Positions 45,138-60,260 of a stretch of DNA of 64,000 nt are shown here, one piece after another (within the stretch, counting starts at the first letter, position 1; the number at the start of each line of letters is the position of its first letter). The translations under genes were made by a program, and so were the position numbers. The stretch lies in NCBI RefSeq assembly GCF_009914755.1, contig NC_060927.1; one strand, given 5' to 3'. Origin of the DNA: the human T2T-CHM13v2.0 reference genome, Homo sapiens. Below the pieces are notes generated by a model. It worked only from the letters and a program-made list of their open reading frames with translations, did no database searches and had not been told where the DNA came from.

Positions 45138-47479
45138 CTACCAGAATTGACCCTGCTTAGAAAGATTTTTATTAAATTAACTCCCAGGAAAAGTCACAGA
45201 AAAAGTTCAAATTAAATTGCTTAGCACATGATTGAAAGCACAATTAAGAAAGAAACAAAAACAGTATTACCTCCTAATGGAACAATTAAATATATACATA
45301 TTTGTAAATCAGAGTTTCAACTGAATCTTCTTAATCCGTTTTACAAAAAGGAATGTTAGTATGTTATCTCCAACAACATACTACGCATACGTCAAAGCCT
45401 CTAAGCATTACATCCTCCACTGTCCTCACCCGATCCTCATTTCCCATGGAATTACACATACAGATAATATTCTAGACAGCCAGAAGGTAAGGCAGGTGAA
45501 AAGCAGAAGGAGCTATAACAGCAGGGATATCTTAAGTGACTCTGAGATCAGACTCACTGTCAGATCACGCACAGCTTTGCAATTACTGCCTATGTTTTCA
45601 TTTCCCATTGTTACTTAAGCGATTAGGGGAAAAATGATTCAAAAGTTATCTGACACCAATTTTTAAAAATAAGCTATTCTCAAGACCACATACTCACATA
45701 AAAAGAAAACAATTTAAACATGCACTGGTGTCTAATCACCTAATTACTACCTTAGTTGAATTAGTTTCACTGGTAACATCACATGTCATTGAATTTTATG
45801 TTAAGATTATACAAAAATAAACTATTGTGCAAGAATAAAACAAAAAACTCTCAAGTATTTCTAAATTTTTCTGTCACAGGGTAAGCAATGCAATTAAAGA
45901 CAACAGCACAAACTCTCTTACAATGACCCACAGAGTTCTTAAAATTAAAGGTTGGTTTGAACAGTTTCTAATGCTAACATAAGTCAAGTGTATTACTTAG
46001 GCACTAACGCCTATGCATCAAAAGCTTCCGGTTCACAAACCTTCAGTGATAGGGATTTTGAACATGAGAAAAAGCTTACACTCCAAATTTACGGATACTT
46101 GAAAACTAATATAAAAATGTATCTATGATTTTAAGTTATTTTTTCTTTAAAGTGAGTAGAGCATTAATGTGTAACTATAACTGTTTTCCCCAAAATGTTA
46201 TTAAATTAATGGTGTAACTTACAGTGCCTTTGAAATACGACAGATATGACACTGTTTTCTTGTTTACATAAAGTTTGATAGCTGCTAAACCCTTTGTTAA
46301 AAAAGCAGTTTGGAAGAAAGAAACAAGTGTGGGGGGCCGAAGGAGGGGTGGACCAGTAGAAACAGCAACGAAGATCTAAGAAATAATATGAAGGGGGGAT
46401 ATCAAGCTTTGTTGCCTAAGACCACACAGGTGGGTACACTGGCACTTAAGTTAGAAAAGAAAACTGACATTCCTACATCTTAATAGATTTCTCACTCTTC
46501 CTAAGGTTTGAATATCTGATTCAAGGTATTAAGAATCTGAATAGCTAATTAGGCTACAACACACAAATCATTCAGTTGAACACATTTCCAATAGAAATGA
46601 GAATGGCTCTGCCAAGAAGACTGTCTTTGATTAGCTCTGTCCTACAGAAATGCCCCAGATTAGAACCTAACTATGACGTGGTGAGCCCCTCACTCAGATG
46701 TAATTGGTCTAGGGTAGGATCTACATCACTTGCATTTAAAATCCTCCCCACCCACCCCGTGTCAGTGTGTGGGTGTGTGTGTGCATGTGTGTGATTCCAA
46801 TGGGGACTGAGAACCACTGGGTGGGGGTGGGAAGGGAAGGGACAGGATGGAGAATTTTACTAGTCAGGTCTAATTATTAACCTAAGGCAGGAGAGTCGCT
46901 TCTTTCAAATACTAAATTGCAAAGTGAGAGGTGTTCAGAACTAGAGGGAGAAATATGTTAATACTACATCGGACTAAATTAAGTGGTTTATTAATCTAAT
47001 TTTAAGATTAATGATGACAAACAAAAGATAAACTCAATCTGTCTCCCAAAAATGAACAGAAAAGTAAGGACAATGATAATGAAGACACCATAAACAGAAA
47101 GGGGCCTAAAAAGACTTCAAAACATAATAACAAAAAAAAGAAGAAAATGCATAAAAAACACATAAAGCCCAAATGAGCCTCAGCTATGTGTGACAAAATT
47201 TTAAGTAGTAGGCAGAAGTTATAGAAAGGTATTTTTTTCCTATTCAATATAAAGGGAAACCATCGCGCAAATCAATGACAATGTTCAAACAAAATCTGGA
47301 TATGTGATTCATCAAGGAAGTTCTAGTGGGCACTTAGGCAAATGAGCTGAAGTTTGTTCTACGTGCGCCCCATCCCTTTCTAACTTAGCACTCAAGTGTA
47401 TTATCAGCGCCAGCACTAGCTTCTGCAGTACCTTTGTGCAAATTAGACTCTAGCAAAATAAATTACAAAAAGGAAGCCA

Positions 47480-47680
47480 CGTGGTATCGGAGGTTAAGAG
47501 CCTGGAATTGTGGAGCCACACAGGTGGGTTTGGACTCCCTGGCTCTGACTCTTAGTAACTAGATAACCTCTCTCAGTGCCTTCGCTTTTTCATCTGTAAA
47601 ATAAGTTAGGAGAGTGGAATAAAAAGTGCTAATCAGTGCCTAGCATAGTAATAAGACATAATGCATATTAAATAACAGAA
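47480..47680. mobile_element. MIR
   Basis: GGTTAAGAGC..GGAGCCA...TTTTCATCTGTAAAAT...CAGTGCCTAGCATAGTAA. Confidence 0.7.
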
Positions 47681-48840
47681 ATAAATTGTTATAAAGGAAG
47701 CTCCTTCCTCTGTGAAGACAGTCCGCTAACAGGGAAACAGCTTGGCCTGGATTTCAGTGCCCACTTTTCCCTTGGCTGTGTACCTCTGTGCAGGACACAA
47801 ACTGCCCATTCAGATTCTGCCGTCCTGTGTGCTACTAAGGCTATTGAATCCAGGTACATTATGTCTTTTAGTGAATTAACACAACAGCATTACTACTAAA
47901 AAAAAAAATTATCATTTATAAAACTTTTTAATTACAACAGATTTGGAATATGCCCACAGTAGTCATCCTGACTAGCATAACCTCACAGTGATAATGAACA
48001 CCTTCTAAATGAAGCAGTTCTTCAAACACTCTTCACAACTAAACAGCTTCAATTTTTACTTTGTAATAGAATGCAATAGGCCTCTTTAAAAAAAAAATTA
48101 AGAATATGTCAGCGGATAATTACTAAACTGAAAACTGTCATTCTGAAGTGCTTTGGACACACAAAAAATATACACACTTACATTAAACTAGATATTAGGT
48201 TCAGAATTCTGAAATGTTATGTTTCTATTTATCCACTACTGATGAACTCAAAGAGTCGCTCTTATGTGTCCTTACAGAAAACATTTCCTTACAGATTCAC
48301 GTGAAAAAAAGTTTTCAAATTGGTTTCTTTAATTTCATATTTTGAAAGTTGGCATAATCTAGACAGTATCAGCAAATGCTTTTCCTTCAGTAAATTAAAA
48401 CAAATATTTCATTTAACTACCACATTCCAATCAAAATAGCTGCCAGAAATACATTCATTTATGAAATCAAGGTTGTATGGGGGTTTTTTTAGTGGAATAT
48501 TCTTAATTCTGGAGAATGCCAAGTTCTCATCCGGTGTTGGTTTGCCAAAATGCTTTCAATTTAACTTGTTCACCAAACTTAAAATGATACATTCGAACCA
48601 GCAAACACAAGCTGTGTTATCTGCCTGACCCATTCAAGGAGCCACTTCTGGTTCACACACACATAGATACACCATCCGGGGATCATGAAACGAAACTACC
48701 TTTCTTAAGATCTCATATATTATATATATTTCAATACAGAAAACTCCTCTCTGTGCCCAGCACCCAAGTTACGATAATAAAACACCAACTGAGATTATCT
48801 GAATACAACTACTCCATCTTACTTCTCAGTCATTGGCACG

Positions 48841-49062
48841 CAATGGTCTAAGGCAAACTATGGCCAGTTAGCAGATATTTTTTTATTTTGCAGGCCATTT
48901 GGTCTCTGTCACTACTACTCAACTCTGCTATTATACAGCAAAGTAGCCACAGACAATACATTAAAAAATGAATGGGCATTACTCTTTCTAATAAAACTTT
49001 ATTCAAAAAAAAAAAAGATAACACACCAGATATGGTCCACAGGTCATAGTTTGTTGACTCTG
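48841..49062 (+). mobile_element. MER58A
   Basis: GGTCTCTGTCACTACTACTCAACTCTGC...AATAAAACTTTATT...ATAGTTTGTTGACTCTG. Confidence 0.82.
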
Positions 49063-52000
49063 AAGCAATTCCCAGAACCATCCAAATTTCTACAGATCCA
49101 GGATAAAGCAAAGAAGCTTTTAGGTTAAATGAGGTAAACATTTTTTTAAATCAAATAAATTAACAGACCAAGCAAAAACACTTACTATTTAAACACTGCC
49201 TACTAAAAATATATAACCATTCTATGAAAAGGAAATTTTCTAAGGAATTCAAACATAGTATCTTATGTGGCCCTATATATAATAATGAAGTTCATTAAGA
49301 AAATTATAAGTATTAAACTTCAACATTCCTCTGCCATCTTTAGAAACTTAAAAGACAGTGGGGGTAAGAATGGAAAGAATAAGGCTTTCTGTTCTGTTTA
49401 AAAACTCAGCTCTTTCACATCATATCCATACAACTGTAAGCAAGCCCTCAGTGTCTTCATCTATATAGTGTATTAGACAGCTTGATAACAAGTATGAACA
49501 TAGTGTTTGGCTTATTGTAAAGAAAATAAACTAGGATTTATAATCCTATTGAATGCCTAAAGGCATTTTCGCACAGAAGTAATACTAATATCAGTTAATT
49601 ATAACTGCATGTATAGTTTAAAAGGGAGCAAAAAGGTTAAAAATAGTATAGTATTAAAAGAACAAAAAGAATCAACTCCCTAAGCAAAAAAATTGTTTGA
49701 ATTATGAATTTCCATGAGTTTAAAAAATACTAATGGTATTTTTATTAATGCAAACAACAAAGAAACAGACAATAAAGACACTGGGCTAGCTGAGACTGGT
49801 CCTGGAAATGCGTCCTCTTTGCCAGAGCAAATAGAAGGAAGGAAGAAACAGAAAACACTGGCCATAAGTTGTGGCAATACTAGCTAATGTTCACCAAGCA
49901 GCGATGAGAAGAAATGTTATGCCCATCTTAAAAATTAACAGAAAATGAGCTTGCATTTTAGCTTTTTGATGGGATAAGGATATCTGGATACCAAAAATCA
50001 CTTCTATAATAGAGATGAAAATGTTATTGTCAAACATGTTTTCTTTTCACATTTTCTAACAATCCTAAATCATAATCTAATTCACAGATAAATATGGGGA
50101 AAAAACAAGTAAATTGTATATTTGTAATTAATTTTTAAAAACAAGTTAATATATAAACAAAATTACATTTAAAATTGTCAATTTCATACCTTTTCCCAAT
50201 TTTTTAATTGAACATAAACTGAATATGAAAGCAACCAAACATTCAATCAGAAACAAAGAACCTGCACACTAAATGAACTCTCTCCATTAGAAATGCATTA
50301 GTTACTCAAGAAAATACAAACTATCAAGCAAGTCCCCTTTAAGAGAATAGGAAGAAATGTAATTTAAAGCCTATGTTTACCTCCAAGACTAAACAGAAGG
50401 TTGTTTTGTTTTTGTATTTTGGGATGATTGTAAGATTTGTCCTGCAGTAGACAACAGAACTATGGGAAGAAAGAAGAGGTGGGGAAAGAAAGGAAGAAGG
50501 AAGAAAAAACAAATTGTAATTAACCTTTCTACTAGAGATTGTTAACATTAAAAGTTAGCCCTTTACATCGAGTTACTATTAATTCACCCACTGGGGACAA
50601 AACTTACTAAAATACATCAGTAAATAAAACACAGATCCCTGCTCTCTCACAGTTTAAATTCCAGCAGAATTTTGATTAATAAGTAATGTTACAATCATAA
50701 ATGCTATGAAAAAAGAAAAAGTCCAAGCAGGGTAAAGGGATTCAGAAGTTGGGGGGAAGAGAGGTGAAAGAGGAACCCCTGGGTTGCAATATTAAAGTAG
50801 GATGGTCAGAGCCAGAGTTGGTTTGTATTTCAATTGAGAGACAGCAAGATACTCAGGAAGCTTCCTGTATGCTCGATGTTCTGTGTACAGACAATGATGT
50901 ATGAAGACGTGCCTTATATCTTGGTGTTGTCCGCTTACTACTGGAAGGCATACCTAGAACACTTCCTTATTCACAAAATACGTCATTTATGTTTTAGTTA
51001 CTCTAATTTTTTCTCTGCAGTATCGATTTGTGCCTGATGCCTCCTATATATTGTGAAGCTACAACTCCTAGGAGACCTATCAGGCATTATAATTGACATG
51101 TTGTATATGCAGGCCATGATAAAAGCTATGAAATGCTAAAGAGAAGATGTGCCAAATCAAAGAAATTCTTAACTGTAACCCAGAGTCTATTCAGTCAAAA
51201 TATTTTCAGACACACATTCTTACAAAATTAACATCAAAGAACTTCAAAGTTTTTCCAAGACACATGATACAGAAAAACAGAAAAATGTCACTAAAATAGA
51301 ATGTCTAATGACTTAAGCCCTTCTACAGTTTAGGCAACAATTTGTAAATATCCAGCAAAGCTTACAATGTATCTAGGGCTATACACCCACCATTACGAAT
51401 TTAAAATACCTGACTAGGGAAAAATAACAAAACACAAACCAGAACTTCTTTGCTTAAGAACACCTGGTCTTGGTTTTGTGGTTTTTTTTTCCCTACTGTG
51501 TTCACTATTCTTCAGCAGAAGACAAAGAGGAGGCAAAGGATAAATGTCTGTGAAAATGCATAAAGCTAGAACTATGAAGACACTAAGCTGAATTTTTTCA
51601 ATACCTTCTATTGTAAATGCACAGGAATAAATGACAGTATGTCTGTGACTTATGCCTACTATTGTACCTAAAACACAATTCTAGATATGAATAAGAATTA
51701 AATGAGATGAGAGGAAGGAGTGGTCAGAACTTAATGAGAACGGGGGGGATATTTTGGGAAGCAGATAAGTGTGAGAACAAAAATCTTACCTCCTCTTCAT
51801 GAGAGAAAAGAAGCCGGAAATTGTCTAAGGAATACTTCTTCTAGATAGGGTCCAGAAGAGGAAAATATCTTTCAAACAAAGAGGAAAAAAATGTGTTGTG
51901 TATGATTTTCACCCCCTTGATCTCACGTCAAGCAAATCAACAGTTGAAAGGAACTGCTCTAACAACTCAGACTCAACTAGACAAATTCACAAAACCTAAG

Positions 52001-52251
52001 TAGGCCACACCTGGCATGTGTTTACAGAGAAAGCTACAGGACAGGACAGGCTAGCAGGGCAGTATCACGCCAGGCACACAACAGGAGGACATGCAATCCA
52101 GGAGCTATTGTCTTTGCACCTCTCCCTACTATCATCACCATCACCATATCATTATTCAGGTAGGTATGCAAAGGGCAAAGAATCCACAAACGATACAAAA
52201 GTTACCCTGGGTTAGACACACCTGAGTTCCACTGAGAAACCACTATGATTG

Positions 52252-52580
<329 letters not shown>

Positions 52581-53049
52581 CACTATCATCTTATAAGCAT
52601 CTCCTGGACATATCTTCCAGGGCACCCAATCCACGAAGGATATGCTGTTTTAAGAATGCATCACACCTTCCCAAACCAGGTGCAGTTCACGTGTCAGGAA
52701 TCTCTTTGCCATACCCTATATGGTGGCTGTTAATATTGACATTTCACTTTAGATTTCAGATGAGTCAGAGCTAAACATTAAACCAAGGTCATTTATTCAC
52801 AGAAAGAGAAACGGTTTAGGGAACCTTTTACAATGCACCTGGGTCCTCATCCCAACTCTGCCTGTAGGGTGCCAGTGGTCTTAGGCCTACAACTTAAGCC
52901 TCTTAAGACTCACCACCAACAAGCAATGACTGGGTTTATTGGATTGACTGCTAAGATCCTTTGAAGCCTTTTAAAAAATAAGAACTAGGCCCTGAAACGA
53001 AGAAGAAAATATCTCCTGCCTTCTAAGAAATAAGACAACAAAGATATAA

Positions 53050-53391
<342 letters not shown>

Positions 53392-53707
53392 TAAAGTATC
53401 ATTTAAATAGCATGGAAAACTTGTTTTGATCATAGGACAGTTAAAGAAAAGCTGTCTCATTCAATCCCCTTTGTTTTATGCATACAGATTGAGATCGGAA
53501 ATGGTTAAACATTCTTATCAGAGGTGATAAAATGAGTATTAAACTCTACATTGCTGGCACACTCAGTATCATTTAAATCTGACTATTTTGTACAGTACAT
53601 AATATTGTCCGTTTTAAAAACAAGTAATTAGGTGCCCGGCCAAATTTCTACTTTTCAAGAAAAAGAAAAGTATGAGAACACTTTTTTGTGAAAGCCCTCA
53701 AAGACCT

Positions 53708-54008
53708 GCTGGGTGCGGTGGCTCACACCTGTAATCCCAACACTTTGGGAGGCTGAGGCGGGCGGATCACGAAGTCAGGAGTTCGAAACCAGCCTGGCCA
53801 ACATGGTGAAACCCCGTCTCTACTAAAAATACAAAAATTAGTCGGGCGTGGTACCATGTGCCTGGAGTCGCAGCTACTCGGGAGGCTGAGGCAGGAGAAT
53901 CGCTTGAATCTGAAAGGCGGAGGGAGGCAGAGGTTGCTGTGAGCAGAGATCGTGGCACTGCACTCCGATGAAGCAAGACTGTCTCAAAACACACACACAC
54001 ACACACAC
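53708..54008 (+). mobile_element. AluS with (CA)n tail
   Basis: Dimeric Alu running directly into L1 sequence. Confidence 0.92.
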
Positions 54009-54532
54009 GGAATAGAATAGAGAGAACCCAAAAGTAAATCTACACATTTACAGTCAACTAATTTTTGACAAAGGTGCCAAGAACACACAGTGGGGAGAGA
54101 ACAGTGTCTTCAATAAATGGTTTTGGGGAAACAGAATGAATATTCACATGTAGAAAAATGAAAGTAGACCCTTATCTTTCACCATATACAAAAATTAAAC
54201 AAAAAAAATGGATTAAAGACTTAAGCATAAGACTCAAAACTAGAAAATTACTAAAAGAAAACTCAAGAGGAACACTTCCTGACAGCAATCTGGGCAAGGA
54301 TTTTCTTTGGATAGGACCTCAAAAAGTACAAGCAACGAAAGCAAAAATAGACAAATGGGATTACATAAAACCAAAACCTTCTGCACAGCAAAGAAAGCAA
54401 TAAACAGAGAAAAACAATAACCTACAGGAGAAAATATTTGCAAATTATGTATCTGACAAATAATATCTAAAAGAACTTAAGACAACTCAATAACAAAAAA
54501 TCAAATAACCTAATATTTAAAATCGGCAAAAT

Positions 54533-54680
54533 GGCCAGGCACAGTGGCTCATGCCTGTAATCTTAACATTTTAGAAGGTGAAGGCTGGAGAATCGCTTTA
54601 GGCCAGGAGTTTGTGACTAGCCTGGGCAACATATGGAGACCCCATCTCTATAAACAATTTAAAAATTAAATAAAAATAAA
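54533..54680 (+). mobile_element. FLAM / Alu left monomer
   Basis: Single monomer with A tail; TSD-like AAATCGGCAAAA / AAATGGCAAAA. Confidence 0.85.
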
Positions 54681-55179
54681 TAAATGGCAAAAGACCTGAA
54701 TAGACATTTCTCAAAAGACATGCAAATATCAACGGGTTTATGAAAGAATGTTCGACATCACTAATCATCAGGAAAATCAAAACCACAATGAAATATTATC
54801 TCACCCCAGTCAGTATGAACATTATCAAAAAGACAAAAGACAACAAGTGCTGCTGAGAATATGGAGAAAAGAGAATCCTTAACACACTGTTGGTGGCCAT
54901 TACTGAAAATAATATGAAGGTTTCTAAAAAAAAATTTAAAACAGAAATAACCACCATATGATCCAGCAATCCCACTACTGGGTAAATGTTGGTCAAAGGA
55001 TACATAATTACAGTTAGACAAAAAGAATAAACTTCAAGAGATCAATTATACAGCAATTTGACTAAAGTTAAAAATGGCATATTCTTGAAAAATGTAGAGT
55101 AGATGTTATGTGCTCTTACCACAAAATGGTAACTATGGGGTAATGCATTTATTAATTCACTAGATTCAACCATTCCTCT

Positions 55180-55307
55180 CTCTATATGTATACATACATC
55201 ATATATATACATACACATCATATATATATACATCTCATATATATAATCATATATATATACACACATCATATATATGGATACATATATATGATATATGATA
55301 TATATAT
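55180..55307. repeat. Imperfect (TA)/(CATA)n low-complexity tract
   Basis: Directly visible. Confidence 0.9.
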
Positions 55308-55583
55308 GATAGGGTCTTGCTTTGTTGCCCAGGCTAGAGTACAGCAGTGTTATCATAGCTCACTGCAGCCTTGACCTCCACCTCCCCAACCCCAAGTTCA
55401 AAAGATCCTCTTGACTCAGCCTCCCAAGTAGCTGCCCAGCAAGACCAGCTAATTTTTAACTTTTTGTAGAGACGGGCCCTCACACTGTTGTCCAGGCTAG
55501 TCTTGAACTCCTGGGCTCAAGAGATCCTCCTGCCTTGGCCTCCTGAAGTGCTGGGATTACGGCATGAGCCACCACACCCAGCC
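55308..55583 (-). mobile_element. AluJ
   Basis: CATAGCTCACTGCAGCCTTGACCTCC and CTCCTGGGCTCAAGAGATCCTCC diagnostics. Confidence 0.92.
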
Positions 55584-55677
55584 AATATATGTATTTCAAA
55601 AGATTTGTGTTGCACATGACAAAAACATAATGTTGTATGTCACTTTTTTAAAATTAAAAAGAAAAAAAAAAAAGTTT

Positions 55678-55995
55678 GGCCAGATACGGTAGCTCACACC
55701 TCTAATCCCAGTGGTTTGGGACGCTGAGATGGGAAGATCGCTTAAGCCCAGGAGTTCGAGACAAGTCTGGGCAACACAGCAAGACCCCATCTCTATAAAA
55801 AAAATGTTAAAAATTAGCTGGGCAGGGTGGCATGCACTTGTAGTCCCAGCTACTTGGGAGGCTGAGGCAGGAGGACCCCTTGAGCCCAGGAGTTTGAGGT
55901 TGCAGTGAGCCATGATGACAGCTCTACACTCCAGCTTGGGCAACAGAGTAAGACCTTGTCACTTTGGGGAAAAAAATAATAATAATAATAATAAT
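55678..55995 (+). mobile_element. AluJ with (TAA)n tail
   Basis: CTTGAGCCCAGGAGTTTGAGGTTGCAGTGAGCCATGAT. Confidence 0.92.
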
Positions 55996-57639
55996 GATTT
56001 TTAATTAAAGTATCACTGTAAGGAGGAGTGAGGCGGTCTACATCCATATTGTCTTACTGCCACAGTGCCATGGGCAGGATGGACTCCATACAGTAAGGAT
56101 CTTGGGCCCCCACCAGAGTACAGTGTAATGCCATCAACCAGTAAGTACACTTTTTAACCATCTACCTGACCCAGCTTCCAATTACTTTTGACCTATAGTA
56201 TTTCATACAACTAACTACTTCCTGCAATACTATATGGATGTAACTGTTAAAAAAACTGATGATACTTTTAAAAATCAGGAACTTCACCTGATGGAGTCAG
56301 GTCAAATTTACTTAATAACATAATCAGTATTTATAAGAGAGACTGAAATTTTAAAATACATCATTTTTCTCCTTTTGGAAGTTTACCAAAAAGTCTTGGA
56401 AGGCACAAAAACACTAGTCATTATCATAGTCATATTGTGCTGCTTACTGCTATTCACTACCCAACCCAAAAGCCTGAGGGTCACACCCCTTTGCTCTGCC
56501 TCCTTTGTCCACCACAACCGCAAAATTTGGTCAATTCTTCCCCAAATCTCTCTATGCTGCCTACTGACCCCCCTTCAATCACACTATCCGTACGCCTCAT
56601 TCCACTCTTTCCCCGCAACTTTGAGGTCTACAGCCCAAATTGTTTTTAATGCATCCCAAAATTTATAATTGAACATCATTGGATATCTAAAATTTAAGCT
56701 TTTGATTTTTTTAGTTTTGAAGCAAGAAGTAGTAATGGGTTTCTTTGTTGAGGCACTGCTTAATTAACTATTCATTTAACAACTCTTCAGATGCCTTCAG
56801 CCTCCTTGCTAACATAATTCTAATTTTCTTCAAAGCAGCAACAGGCCCAGATAAATACTTGCTTTCCTAACCTTTCTTGCAGCCAGAGGCAGCCATATTG
56901 ATCAGTTCTGGCTGGTAAGGCCTCAGAAGTCCGCTAGGGAAGGAATGAGGAGGCCAGGGGAAGCTTTTGCTTTAATGAAAATAAAGAACAGGTGCAGCAC
57001 TTCTTCCTGCTTAAATATGATGCCTCCTGCAGCAGTAGCCATTTTCCAACCCAGGCAATAAACCTGATGGAATTCATCACACTAAGGGCAATGGAATTTT
57101 GAAAAACAGTACCTTCCTGTCTCACAATTTGTTTAAAATGGTATTTTACTTACTTGAAACCAACTAGACATCATCATTCTCCCCCCAACCCATGTCACAC
57201 AATGCATTGCAAATTTTCTATGTATAAATTTAATTCATCTCCCACCCCAAACTTGTTCCTCTTCTCGTATTTCCTACCTTGGTGGATGGCGCCACTTTCA
57301 CCCAACTTGTCACCCAAACTAGAGATATGGCTCCTTCTCCTCCCTCATTTCCTGTAAGTAAGCACTAAGCACCATGACCTTCTATTTCTAGGATGCAACT
57401 TGACATGTGTATGTTTTTAGTTTCCCAAACTCCTCTTACATTAGCAGACTTTGGAAATGCTGTATCCTCTGGCTAAATTTTAGATCACTCACATCCTACT
57501 AACCATTGTGGATATCCATTTTACATGCCTGTCTCCCTTCACTAGAAGGTATGTATCTTGAAAGATGCCTTATCCAGCTTTGTAACTTGAATGCCGAGAA
57601 CATATGGGATAGAATAAGAACTACAATAATACTGTTACT

Positions 57640-57835
57640 CTACCTTCCACTGAGAATCAAACAACAAGCTGGTTATTTAACCTCTCTAAACCTCAGTTTT
57701 CTCATCAGTAAAACAAGATTGTAATGGTATCTTCTCTCAGAGGAAAGTTATGTTAACTAAATGAGATAATGCATTATCAAGCACGTAATAGTACCTGGGA
57801 AATAAAAAGCACTTAATAAATGGTAGCTGTTGCTA
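57640..57835. mobile_element. MIR
   Basis: TTTAACCTCTCTAAACCTCAGTTTTCTCATCAGTAAAA...AAATGAGATAATGCA...CACTTAATAAATGGTAGCT. Confidence 0.8.
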
Positions 57836-58923
57836 TTTTTCCTAGATTTTCTATATGATGGGAAACACTGAACTGTCCTTTACCAGAAGTACAAGATTTG
57901 CTGAAATAAACTGTCAATCCACCCAGTCTGAAAGTCCAGAATGCTTTATTTTCTGTGCTTAGGAACATTATGCAGTTTATCTTATAAAAACAACATGACC
58001 CGGTTTCTAAACACACTGCTATTGGCATTCCGAAAATGGGGTAACGATTCTAGAATAAATACTGAATATAAATGAGAAGGGAGAAAAAAGAATTTGCAGG
58101 AGTGGGTCAAGATTATGGCTTTGAAGAAATGATGCCCATTTTTAACTAACATCACAACCAATAATCTATAGTGGGTACTGGATTAATCAAATCTCCACTA
58201 TTTAAACAAACATCAGTCTAGTATTATTATTCCTGTTCCCTGTCTTCCAAATAGTAGCTGCGAAGCAATGAAACTATTGCCTAGAATAGCAACACTGAAT
58301 TCCTGGGAAAGATATTTTCAGCAACAGCAAATAATGGGTAAATTTAATAAGGCTTCCATTAAAGCCTGCTCCATAATTACACAGTATTTTAAAATAGTAC
58401 CTTTATTTTGGTATTGAAAGTCATGCAGATTGCTGAATTATCTGCACAGTCTAAAATTTCCCTTTTAGATATGACATCAAAATAATGTTAAAACAGTCAT
58501 AGAAAATACCAGTTTCCCATTCAGCGTAGTTCCTTATAGGCAGCATAAGCTCTCGGGTCTCCCAGATTGTTTGCTACACAGGGAAATCTAATGTGCTCTA
58601 TAAATTCTATTAATATGCATCTTTTCTAGTGCAGTAATGAAAATGTTAACACTTTGATTCAGTCTTGACTTCAAATTCCACTAGTACAGTGACTAATCTT
58701 CTAATTTGAAAGAATTCAACAAATCTTACTTAGAGCTTTAATAAACTCTACTTCTATGCCACTGATTGGGAGAAATATAAAGTAAAACTGGCTATTTCTT
58801 TCCAAGGGCAAAGAAGCAGTATTAAAGAGCAGAATGGGTTCAATGGGAAGGAAAAAAGGTGAATGTCAACCAATAACCACTGAACATTCTGACCCCCTCA
58901 ATTTGCTATTTTTATACTATGCA

Positions 58924-58989
58924 AGGTAGTAAGAAATCAGAAACCAGGAGTCTATCGTAGGTAGTAAGAAATCAGAAACCAGGAATCTA
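58924..58989 (+). repeat. 35-bp-period tandem duplication (2 copies)
   Basis: AGGTAGTAAGAAATCAGAAACCAGGA(G/A)TCTA at 58924 and 58959; 30/31 identical. Confidence 0.95.
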
Positions 58990-59955
58990 GGGCCAATGGC
59001 CATTTATAAATCTTTTATAGGTAGTATACGAATTGTGACTTTCTTTCTTTACCTCACCTACCATTTTATCCACTCTTCTCAGCCAGAGACTCAGGACATA
59101 TTAGTAGAAAGCTCAAGCAATGACTACCCACATTCTAAGAAACTAGTTCTATTCCATGCGAATATAGAAGTTCCAGATCCCAGAGTCTGTTATTTCAAAA
59201 TCACTCGATCTTTTCAAAGTCTCTAAAGAGTTCTTGAACATTCATTCATTCATTCACTCATTTAAGAGCCTATTTAAGGACAAGCACTGTGAACAAACAA
59301 CTATACGTCTTTCATGCCCTCATCGCTGAGTAGCTTTAACATTGAGCCTAATGACTCAAAATGACCTAATGAGGCCCTTTTCTCATCAAAGCTAAAAGTG
59401 TGACCACGGTATTTTTATCCAAAGGCATGACTAGATTCCTGAAAACTTAAAATGCACCTTCTTATACTCACCCTTTCACTGATCAAAACAAAGCCCACAA
59501 CGGAAGGAAGAAGAAAGGAAATAAAAAGACAGACATTAGGAAGACTTTAAAGAGAATCCATTTGTGAATTCCCTTCTTTATGAGGCTTAGTTGCATGTAA
59601 TGCTGTCAAATATCATAGTTCTTCATTCATTTAATAACTAGTTACTGAATGTGTACTATTTGCCATGCTTCATTTCAGATGCTAAGAACAACAGTCAAGA
59701 AACCACCCTGAAGTTTGTATTTTAATGGGGGAGTAGAGACAAAATGAATACATTATAATATATGGCAAGTGTCGTATTTTGTCAGTTTCTCAAACTGAAC
59801 TTTTATAAAATCAAGAGATACTTACGATTTAGCATTGTAACCATTCAGGCATATTGCCTGCAAACCAGACAGCAACTCCACATAATAACTCAAGAAAAAT
59901 GGGACCTATAGAAAGTATAAGCTCATAAAAACAAAGAAAAACCTGGATAATCAGG

Positions 59956-60260
<305 letters not shown>

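Larger units (their letters stand above)
54009..55670 (+). mobile_element. L1MA 3' fragment interrupted by an Alu monomer, AT-rich repeat and AluJ
   Basis: ORF2 remnant MKVDPYLSPYTKI..WIKDL..KIDKWDYIK; L1MA 3'UTR ATGTTGGTCAAAGGATAC..CAGTTAGACA. Confidence 0.88.

Noticed and set aside
58924-58989. CRISPR-like repeat-spacer array
   Set aside because: Only two copies with a 4-nt spacer in primate DNA; a simple tandem duplication.
59472-59478. 7-nt microexon ttgttttgatcag|TGAAAGG|gtgagt on the minus strand
   Set aside because: Plausible motifs, but very short, non-coding context and expected by chance in 64 kb.
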